Shown here one piece after another: positions 55,056 to 64,000 of a stretch of DNA of 64,000 nt. A program made the translations under genes and the position numbers. Source of the stretch: Hyaloraphidium curvatum SAG 235-1 (taxonomy: Eukaryota > Fungi > Monoblepharomycota). The stretch covers positions 620,001 through 684,000 of the forward strand of contig JAIVFI010000012.1 of NCBI GenBank assembly GCA_025558095.1, given 5' to 3'. Below the pieces are notes generated by a model, which searched no databases, had not been told where the DNA came from, and worked only from the letters and a program-made list of their open reading frames with translations. Each line of letters opens with the position of its first letter. Positions within the stretch are counted from its first letter, which is position 1.

Positions 55056-57072
55056 ATGAAGGGTCTCTTGAAGAACCTCAGTCTCCGGACACGCAACGAG
55101 ACACCTCCGAAAGAGAACGGCGCCGACAGGACTTCGGAGCAGTACTGGAGCGCCCGTGGCGGTGCTGCCGTAGCACAACAGGGGAAGCTCGTCGCGGCGT
55201 CCGAATCACTGGGGGACGGGGCGGCACGCGCCCTCGCGTCCGCGTTGGCGAGGAACGTGGCCTTTTCCGACCTGGACCTGAGCCGAAACAGCATCGGCCC
55301 AGATGGTGCCGCAGCAATCGGCAACGCTCTAGGTCGGAACAGGCTTCTGAGGTCTCTTTCGCTGTCGCGGAATCCGCTAAGGGACGAGGGCGTGTCGGCT
55401 CTCGCAAAGGGCCTGAAGCTGAACACAACCTTGGAGACCCTTGTTCTGTCGGCTTGCGAGATGGAGTGCGATGGAGCCAAAGCCTTGGCGGACCTGCTCC
55501 TCGTGAACACTGGGATCCGTTTCCTCGACGTGTCGATGAATCCAATATCAGTCGAGGGGGCTCAGGCATTGGCCGACATCCTGGCGGTCAATAAGACGAT
55601 CGGGAAGATTGAGGTCAACGCCAACTACAGCTCGATTATTTTAGCGGCCTTCAGCAATCGCCCACCGAGGAGCGTGAAGGGACAAAAGCTGGGGAAGCGG
55701 GAACTCGTTGACAACGCACCCGTCCCGCCTGGCTCCCCTGCCTCACCTGCTTCTCCTGAACCCGTCAGACCTGTTTACCGTGTGCCCGCAAAGCAACCTT
55801 CTGCTGGGAGCGGCAGGGATAACTTGGCGCCGCGAAAGGACTATCGCCCCGCGTATGCCGGCGTCTTGAAGATCGATCACGTGGACCATGATCTTCCAGC
55901 AAACGACATGTTGCCAGACTCTCCACTATCGGGGCCGGACGACTCGATGTGGTTCACCTCGCCTTTTGCTCCGCAGAGCCCACCTGCGCCTGTAAAGGCT
56001 CCTCCGGAAAAGATCAATGGTGCCGGCATCGAGGAGATGCGTGCTCTCCGGGAGGAGACGGATCTGGAAAGGCGAAAGCGGCAGGAGGAGATCGAACTCC
56101 TCAAGCAGGAGCTCCAAAGGCTGCGTCTGGAGAAGGAAAAGGCGAAAGATCCGTACGTTCCGCAGGGCCGGGCTGTTCCTGAAAGGCCAGACGCTGTCAG
56201 GCAGCAGTCCAGCAAGATTCGCATCTTTGCCAAAGACGTGCAGGTGGATAAGGGCAGAAAGCTCGGGGAGGGTGGCTTCGGCATTGTCTATGCTGGCACC
56301 ATTTACGAGACGACGCGAGTGGCCATCAAGGTCATCAAGGCTCACGACGATTTTAAGGTCCGCCGGGCCTTTGAGCGGGAGCTTAGCACCTGGGAGGGGT
56401 TGATTCATCCGAACGGTGAGCGACACACGCAGGTCGCGACGCTTCACGTTTCCTCACACCCGCAGCAAAGTTCTTCCCCTTATGGCGTACTGCGCAGAGC
56501 CGCCCATGATGATCTCGGAAATCGTTTCAGACGGCAACATCCGGGTCTTTCTCGAGAAGCACAGCTGGAAGGCCGAGCTCGGCCTGGATCTGCTTCGCCA
56601 GGTTGCGACGGGGATGTCCTTCCTCCACGCCAAAAACGTTTTGCATGGCGATCTCACGCCGCGGAACATTCTCGTGGAGAACGGCGTGGCCCGCATCATG
56701 GACTTTGGGCTGTCGAAGGTACGCGGAGAAGTGTCCAAGTCGACCGCCGGCTCTGTGCTCGGACCTTCGGGCACTTCCGGGTACATGTCTCCTGAGCTCT
56801 ACGACGACCAACCGCTCCGCAAACCGGCGGACGTCTTTGCGTTTTCTATAATTTCTTGCGAAGTCGTCGGGCAGGGAGATCCGCCGTGGGGACACTCCCC
56901 GAGACCGCTCCTTGTGGGGCAATGGATCAAGAACGGACGTCGGCCCGAGCGACCGTACGAAGCCTCGGACGAGGTGTGGTCGCTCATCACGCGGTGTTGG
57001 CACCCCGAGCCGTGGGAGCGGCCGACGTTCGTTGAGATCGTGAAAGAGATGAATCAGATCATTGTAAAGTGA
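55056..57072 (+). CDS. RNI-like LRR + coiled coil + TKL protein kinase; 2 exons
   Basis: LRRs (LDLSRNSIGPDGAAAIGNAL, LSLSRNPLRDEGVSALAKGL); LGEGGFGIVY, VAIK, HGDLTPRN, DFG, GTSGYMSPE; intron 56416-56470. Confidence 0.9.
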
Positions 57073-57074
57073 TC

Positions 57075-58235
57075 CTACAGTTTGGCCGGTAGACTGGAAG
57101 TGCCGATGAGCCTGGTGAAAGGGGCCTCCGCCACTCCTTTGTCGAGCTCAGCTGCGACGATGGTTGCGAGCTCCCGCCCAAGAACGCAGCCAACAATGTT
57201 CCCTGTGCCGCAATAGCCGCCAACGGCCCACACGCCAGAGCGTACTTTCCCGACGAATGGGAGGCCGGTAGAAGTGTAGCCGACTGACGCGGCCCACCTG
57301 TGTTCGATCTGCACGTCGACGCCGATTGTGTCTTTTGCGAACCTCTGGATGCGCTCCTGGATATACGAGCTAGGAATGGCATCGGTTGTATACTCAGCAT
57401 CTCCACCTGCGTCCCGAAATCCGCCGACGGCTATCCGACCATCCGCCAGCTGCTGGAAATACTCAAAGCCATGCCGGAGGTAGACCGGCAAAGGAAACCG
57501 GGGCTCGACCGGCGCAGTCGAAAGCATCTGCAGTCTGACGGTGCGAACCACTGATTCCATCTCCGGGAAAACGCGAGCGAGGGGATCCACGGCGACGACA
57601 ACACGTCGTGCCGAGACTGTCCCAGAAGACGTCGCCACACGGCCGTCTTCGATCCTTATGGCCGGCGTCCGTCCATAGAGGTTCGCTCCGCGAGCCAAGC
57701 ACTCGGCAGCCATCGTTCGGCACCTCTCCAGGGGATTCATCGTCCCGTCGGTCGGAACGAAGATGCCGCGTCCCTCGGAGCCGTCGTACCATCGAGCTGG
57801 CAATCCGTTCTGCTGCATAGCCGCCAGCTGCCGGCGGCAATCATCCTCTTCCTCCGAATCGTGAGCGATCCTCAAGGACCCGGTGCGCTTCGTGGATCCG
57901 GGGTAACGCGCAAAGATTCGGTCCAGCTCGAGAAGCGTCAACCGGTATAGTGCGGCGGCACGTTCTCTGCCAAGCTTCTGAGCCGCATCATGGTGGAATG
58001 CGGCCAGGCCGGCAAGCAGAAACCCTCCATTCCGACCGGCCGCGCCGGCGCCGACATCCTGGGCATCGATTCCAACCACGTGCTCGACGCCACGTTCAAG
58101 GAGAGATAAGACTGCCTGGAGTCCAGACGCGCCCAGACCGACCACGCAGACATCGCATTCAACATCACGGTCCAGAGGAGGTAGCGGGCTCCACGACGAG
58201 CCTTCGCTGTCCCACACAGGCTTCGAAAGTGCCAT
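57075..58235 (-). CDS. FAD-dependent oxidoreductase (DAO/PuuB-like) with PTS1 (AKL); intronless
   Basis: DVCVVGLGASGL, GAAGRNGG, TGSL, GLPFVG, GGYCGTGN, ends PAKL*. Confidence 0.88.
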   Translation of the reverse strand: MALSKPVWDSEGSSWSPLPPLDRDVECDVCVVGLGASGLQAVLSLLERGVEHVVGIDAQDVGAGAAGRNGGFLLAGLAAFHHDAAQKLGRERAAALYRLTLLELDRIFARYPGSTKRTGSLRIAHDSEEEDDCRRQLAAMQQNGLPARWYDGSEGRGIFVPTDGTMNPLERCRTMAAECLARGANLYGRTPAIRIEDGRVATSSGTVSARRVVVAVDPLARVFPEMESVVRTVRLQMLSTAPVEPRFPLPVYLRHGFEYFQQLADGRIAVGGFRDAGGDAEYTTDAIPSSYIQERIQRFAKDTIGVDVQIEHRWAASVGYTSTGLPFVGKVRSGVWAVGGYCGTGNIVGCVLGRELATIVAAELDKGVAEAPFTRLIGTSSLPAKL

Positions 58236-58621
58236 TCTGATGAGCTCTGTTTACTTGTTTGTTCGAAGTCGGTCAATGATGCATCGTTGAAACCGCCAGC
58301 TTCGATCTCCCGCTTCCGATACAATAGAATCACTGTGGATGAAGCACATGCGAGTGGAAAACGTTGATCAAGCCCGTCGAGGGAGAGGAGGTGAGCTGGG
58401 AGCTGCTCGGGCCGTGGCGGTTTGCGGGATCGAACACGTCCGAAAGAACTGTCACCCACCCCATTCTTGAAGCAGCGGAAGCGTTTCCACGCCGCAACAG
58501 TGAGCCATGGAAGCGCTTCCACTCCCACTCCGATCCTGATCTCGAACGTACCGCCCTGCTCCTTTCCTGTCTGGGCTACATCATCGGCACCGCAACCGGC
58601 ATTCTGTGTCTCTCCCGCAAG

Positions 58622-59839
58622 ATGTCTGCCATTGATGTCTCTCACATACCCGAGACGTCTGCGGACGTGACCTACAACACGCGCGACGCGCTCATCTACG
58701 CTGTGGGCATCGGTTGCGACGACGTAGGTGACATGCCGGACATCGCCGCAGCTCGCGTCTCACCTCGTTCTCCCGCGTTCCAGCTGAAATACGTCTATGA
58801 GCTCGACCCAGCGTTCCAAGTCTTCCCCACCTTCCCTGTCGTGCTTACCTTCAAGGCCGGCGACCCTCCGGAGCTCATGCACGACGTGAACGACTTTGTC
58901 GGGCGCGCGACCAAGGGCAACCGTGCGGCGGTCCAGATCCCGGGCAAGAAGATGGATCCCACCAAGGGTCGGTTTCTCGTAATGGCGGCAGTTCAAGCGG
59001 TGCTGATCCTGGTTTTCAGGTCTTCACGGCGAGCAGTCCATCGAGCTCCTCGTGCCTTCGTTCCCGAGGTCGGGCAACGTCAAGGTCACCAGCAAGACCG
59101 TGGGCGTGTGGGACGGAGGGAAGGGTGCCGTCATCGCCAGGTGGGCCTTGTATCTGTTGCTTCCGCGCTTCAACGCTCATATTGTCAACCTCGTCAGCGA
59201 GAACATGATCGTCGACGCCGCCACCGGCAAGCCCCTCGCCCGCCTCGAGTCGTCGGGCTTCATGCTCGGCGCCGGCGGCTTCGGCGGGCCGAAGCGCCCG
59301 AAGCCGGCCCTGGACGTCGAGATCCCCAAGGACCGCAAGGCGGACTTTTCGGGCGAGCTCAAGACCTCGCCCGCCCAGGCCGTGCTCTACCGTCTCGCCG
59401 GCGACACCAACCCTCTGCACAGTCAGTTCATTATCGTTCCCCGCTGCTGAAAGGCCCTGATCGACGAGTGTCGCTCCTCAGTTGACCCCAAGATCGCTCA
59501 GAACGCGGGCTTCAAGGCTCCCATTCTCCACGGCCTTTGCACCGTGGGTTCGCGCTGGTCATATTTCCTGCTCTCTGTCCTAACATTCTGGGTGCCCAGT
59601 ACGGCCATGCGGCCCGCTCCCTCATCTCGTTCTTCCCCGGCCTGCACCTCCGCCTCTTCCGCGTGCGCTTCTCGTCCCCCGTCTACCCGGGCGAGACCCT
59701 CGTGACCGAGGCCTGGAAGATGATCGAGGACGCCAACCAGGTCGTGGTGGCCTTCCGCACCAGCGTCAAGGAGAGGCCCGGGACGGTGGTGCTGAACCAG
59801 TGCGTCGCGAGGTTCGTCAAGGACGGCTCCAAGCTCTGA
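58622..59839 (+). CDS. Peroxisomal MaoC-type (R)-specific enoyl-CoA hydratase 2 (MFE-2 hydratase domain) with PTS1 (SKL); multi-exon
   Basis: YNTRDALIYAVGIG, FPTF, LHGEQ, YRLAGDTNPLH, PILHGLCT, RFSSPVYPGETL, GSKL*. Confidence 0.9.
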
Positions 59840-59977
59840 AGGATCGTCAATGGAATGTTGGCTCATGATTGAAGATCGTCGCCAATAGGACCCCGTTCAT
59901 CGATTGCTACTACCATCCGTCCCGTCCATGTGCTTTATCTTAACAATAATGATCCGCCGTGCGCGTTCATTGTCCAA

Positions 59978-60310
59978 TCAGGCCAAGAGCCCGAGCTCCG
60001 CCGCGGACACGATGCCCGACTTGACCGCCAGCACCGCCTTGATCTGGTTCTCCGCCGACGCGCACGTGATCCCGACCGTGTCCGGCTTCGCGCACGCCAG
60101 CTCCAGCGACGGCGTGCCGGTCGTCTTCCACGTGGTGAAGTCGGCTATGTCGTCGTAGTACACCAAGGGCGAGCGGGATTCGACCGCGAAAAGAACGGGC
60201 GAGGTGGCGGTGAGTCCGCTCCGCGGGGCGGCCCAACAATCCTCATCCTTCCACTCGCATTCGATTGGCTTCTCCGACCCAGTATCGGTGTCAGGGCCGC
60301 ACTGCACCGC
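59978..60310 (-). CDS. Possible terminal exon of a small hypothetical protein; 5' end unresolved
   Basis: Protein-like stretch LVYYDDIADFTTWKTTGTPSLELACAKPDTVGITCASAENQIKAVLAVKSG with GC3-rich codons. Confidence 0.3.
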   Translation of the reverse strand, partial: AVQCGPDTDTGSEKPIECEWKDEDCWAAPRSGLTATSPVLFAVESRSPLVYYDDIADFTTWKTTGTPSLELACAKPDTVGITCASAENQIKAVLAVKSGIVSAAELGLLA

Positions 60311-60553
60311 CTGCGCGTCACCGACGCGTTCCCGGTGTGTCGACTGCGGGTTTCCGATCCGCTTCTCGGTCGAGTTCGGCTTACATCGAGCAAGAAGACG
60401 TTTTGACGTCGGTGCCGCGGGGGATTCGCGCAGTGACTCCGCGCGGATGAGTCGACCTCGCCAGGCACCGCCCTCTGCACACCCCCGGACGCGCCCAGAG
60501 TCGCCGCAACCACGCTCCGCAACGCCGCCTCCCGCCTTCTGAGAGCCGCGCGC

Positions 60554-62137
60554 ATGTCCGCCCCGGCGGAGCAGCTCGACCTGCTCCGCGCGCACGTCGC
60601 CCCGCTCCTCGGCGGGGCCGCGGACTTCGACCCCCTGCTCGACCTCGTGCGGGGCCGCGATGCCGACTTTGTCCTGCTGGGCGAGGCGACGCACGGCACG
60701 CACGAGTTCTACAGGATCCGGGCCGAGGTATCCAAGCGGCTGATCAGGGAGTGCGGCTTCACGGCAATCTGCGTCGAGGCGGACTGGCCGGACGCGTTCA
60801 GGGTCAACCGGTACATCAGGGGCAATGGGAACGACAAGGATGCGACCGAGGCCCTGTCGGGCTTCAGGCGTTTTCCCCAGTGGATGTGGCGCAACAGCGA
60901 CGTCCTCGACCTCGTGGGCTGGCTCAGGTCTGCCGCACTCCCCAGGTTCCCCGCCCCCCGCAATTCACTTCTCCGACCAGATCGCACAACGAAGCCATGC
61001 GCCGCGCCAACGCGCCCGAGACCGGGTTCTACGGCATGGATCTCTACTCCCTGCACGCCTCGCTCCGCGCTGTCCTGGCCCACCTCAAGCGCACCGACCC
61101 CGCCGCCGCCAAGCTCGCAGCCTCGCGCTACTCGTGCTTCGACCGCTTCGGGGAGGACACCCAGCGGTACGGGTACCTCGCTGGGCTGGGGATCGCGGAG
61201 AGCTGCGAGAGGGAGGCGGTGCTCGCCGCGCGGCAGGTGCTCGCGGGGAGGGCCAAGGCGGTTGAGGGGAAGAGGGAGAGGGACGAGCAGTTCGATGCGG
61301 AGATGAACGCCAAGGTGGTCAGGGACGCGGAGAGGTACTACAGGGAGATGTTTCGAGAGGACGTTTCGAGCTGGAACCTGCGCGGTGCGTTCAAGCGCCA
61401 GGAAGGATTGGAGGTTGGTCTGACCGACGATTGGAAGCAGACTCGCACATGGTCGACACACTCTTCGAGCTGCAGAGGCACTTGTCGGGAGCGGACGGCC
61501 ATCCGCGCGCCAAGATCATCGTGTGGGCGCACAACAGGCTGGTTGAACAGTCTGAGGCGCCTGCCAGCACGTTGGCTGACCCTCGGATCGTTGGTAAACC
61601 AACAGCCACCTCGGGGACGCGCGCGCGACCTCCATGGGAGCCCGTGGGGAGCACAACGTGGGCCAGCTGGTCCGGGAGCGCGCGGGGGACCGCGCGGTGC
61701 TCGTGGGATTCACGACCTACAACGGATCCGTCACCGCCGGTGCGTCTCCTCCTCATCATGTTCCCAGCCCGTCGCTGATGGCTCCTACGACCCCACCAGC
61801 ATCGGAATGGGACGCCCCCGCCGAGCGCAAGCGCGTCCGCGACGCCATGCCCGGCTCGTGGGAACACCTGTTCCACCAGCTCGGCGTGCCCAACTTCTTC
61901 CTCCCCCTGCGCGACCCCCCCCTCCGCCCCGCGCTGGCCAAGCCCCTCCTCGAGCGCGCGATCGGCGTGATCTACCGCCCCCAGACCGAGCGGCAGAGCC
62001 ACATGTTCCGCGCCGACATCGCGGGGCAGTTCGATGCGGTGATGCACTACGATGCGACGAGGGCGGTGGAGCCGCTGGAAACCACGGGGGAGTGGAGAGA
62101 GGGGGAGGTGGAGGAGACGTACCCGTCGGGGCTGTGA
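60554..62137 (+). CDS. Erythromycin esterase (Ere) family protein; multi-exon
   Basis: VLLGEATHGTHEFY, VEADWPDA, FPQWMWRN, FYGMDLYSL, SWNLRD.HM, IVWAHNSHLGDARAT, ERAIGVIY, QFDAV. Confidence 0.92.
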
Positions 62138-62434
62138 GGTGGCAGTAGGGTGAAGTAGTTCTATTTGATCTGGCTTCTTGGTCTACTTCTTTGGCGAGGA
62201 ATAGGAGAGCGTTCGGCGGGTCCTCATGCGAAGCGTGCATCAGAAACCAGCCTTCATCATGCGGCCAACTATCGATCCACTTGGTAGAACGAATTCCACC
62301 AATTGCACGTGATGCTGGTGCATAATCCCTGACTTTCGAATGTCGGGGGTCGGAGGGACCCTGGGACCGAATCGGAGGCGGAGCCAAGGGTCCTGCCGAC
62401 GTCCGACCCTGGTTGCGCCCCCGAACGAAGAGAG

Positions 62435-63735
62435 ATGTCCGCCGCCGCCGCCGCTCCCGCTCCCGAGACTGAGGCCGCCGCCGCCCCCGCGGTGGCGCCC
62501 GTCGCACCCGTCGGCGCTGAAGAGACCTCCGCCGCCGCCGGTGCTGCCGGTGCGACGCAGACGGCTGCCGCTCCCGTCGGCGATGCTGCCGCTGCCCCCG
62601 TCGGAGACGCCGCTGCGGCCCCCGTCGGAGCTCCGGCAGTCGGTCCGGATGGCGCGCCTCTCGCACCGGTCGAGATCCCGCCGGTCCTCGGGCCCGACGG
62701 TACGCCTTGTTGCGCGACTAGCCGACCGGATCTCTCATGATGGCTCCATTGCAGGCAAGCCCCTTCCCGAGCAGGAACAGAGCGAGCTCATGAAGGAGGT
62801 GACTGCCAACATCACACACATGTGAGTCAGGAGCGAGAAGGCACCCTGATGGGAAGGGCTGACGGCTCTGCAGGAACCCGCTGCCCCAAGACATGGACAA
62901 GGAGGCCGAGAAGGCCGCCGAGACGATCAACAACATGATCAACCCCGGCAAGGGCATCGACATCATCGTCCCCAAGTCCATCATCGACAAGGCCAAGGCC
63001 ATCGCGGTCCTCCACATCGTCAAGGTTGCCTGGGGCTTCTCCGGACGCGCGGGCTCGGGCGTGATTGTCGCCAAGCTGCCCGACGGGACGTGGTCCGCGC
63101 CCTGCGCCATCGGCATGGTTCGTTTACCGACTTGTGGGCCATCATTCGGAGCTGATCCGTTTTGAACAGGCCGGTGCCGGGTGGGGCGCCCAGGTCGGAG
63201 TCGCTGTGACCGACTTCATGTTCATCGCGACGACGGACGCCGGCGTCAAGGCCTTCTCGCGCGGGTTCAACGTGCAGTTCGGCGTCAACGTCGCCGTTGC
63301 TCTCGGCCCCATTGGGCGCGAGGGTGAGGTGGACATCATGCTGTCGGACTTTGCCCCCGTGTACACCTACTCGAGTGAGTGCCGTCCGAGGGGAGGAGAA
63401 GGAACGGATCACTGATCGTACCCGTCGCTTGCAGAGACCAAGGGCCTCTTCGCCGGCGTTTCGCTCGAGGGCAGCGTCCTGCTCCAGCGCTCGAGGGCCA
63501 ACGAGGCCAAGTACGGCAAGGACGTCACCGGCGAGATGATTCTGACCGGGAAGGTTCCCCATCCCAAGGGGAGCGAGGTAGGCCGGCAGAGATGGCGATT
63601 TCTTCCCATCCAACGCAACGACGCCCTCCCCAGAGCCTGTACAAGGCCCTCGAGGAGATGGACAAGAGGGCTGCGGAGCGGGCAAAGGCGGCCGCGGAGA
63701 AGATGAAGCCGACCTCGGAGGCTCCCGACTTCTAG
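62435..63735 (+). CDS. SYLF/Ysc84 lipid- and actin-binding domain protein with an Ala/Pro-rich N-terminus; multi-exon
   Basis: IVPKSIIDKAKAIAVL..KVAWGFSGRAGSGVIVAKLPDGTWSAP, GWGAQVG..TDF, GPIGR, GLFAGVSLEGS, AN..YG. Confidence 0.88.
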
Positions 63736-63814
63736 ATTTGCTGGCTGTGCGGGAGACACCAACCACACCGTCTTTCCAGTCGCGAATCGCGCCGTCTCCG
63801 CGGCAGAGCACGCG

Positions 63815-64000
63815 ATGTCGTCCGCCAAAGCGCTAATGGACTTCTCCAACAAGGTCGTGGTCGTCACAGGCGGCGCGTCCGGGTTCGGTTTCGACCTCTG
63901 CACGCTCCTCGCCGCCCGTCGGCCGCGGAAGCTCATCATCGTGGACGTGAGCGCCAAGGGGCCCGAGGCCGCGAAGAGCCTGGCGAGCACGGGGGCAAGC
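63815..64000 (+). CDS. Short-chain dehydrogenase/reductase, 5' end (runs off the window)
   Basis: MSSAKALMDFSNKVVVVTGGASGFG..LIIVD. Confidence 0.8.
   Translation, partial: MSSAKALMDFSNKVVVVTGGASGFGFDLCTLLAARRPRKLIIVDVSAKGPEAAKSLASTGAS

Noticed and set aside
1-64000. Bacterial origin of the contig; rRNA or tRNA genes
   Set aside because: Spliceosomal introns, actin, F-box and BTB genes show it is eukaryotic; no rRNA or tRNA signature was recognised by eye

Overview
Very GC-rich, gene-dense eukaryotic DNA with short (about 50-100 nt) GT-AG spliceosomal introns and CTGAC/CTAAC-type branch sites. The gene content (actin, Amt, F-box, TKL kinases, SYLF/Ysc84, PTS1 enzymes, Popeye and EGF domains) suggests an early-diverging fungus such as a chytrid or monoblepharid; this is inference. 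About 33 protein genes can be modelled by hand, several of them bacterial-type enzymes. The most unusual signal is three intergenic arrays (about 15.7-16.7, 18.45-21.3 and 42.8-44.5 kb) of regularly spaced two-tier hairpins of 70-85 nt. Their stems are conserved with compensatory substitutions, while the internal loops and spacers are unique, which suggests arrays of structured RNA or DNA elements. Other highlights: an acyl-CoA synthetase split by a 3 kb block carrying two divergent genes, two paralogous multi-TM proteins with a gustatory-receptor/DUF3537-like C-terminus, a NAT with an apparent Cys-His-Glu triad, and an RGG-SDR fusion sandwiched between two of the arrays. All calls are by eye; no database searches were run.
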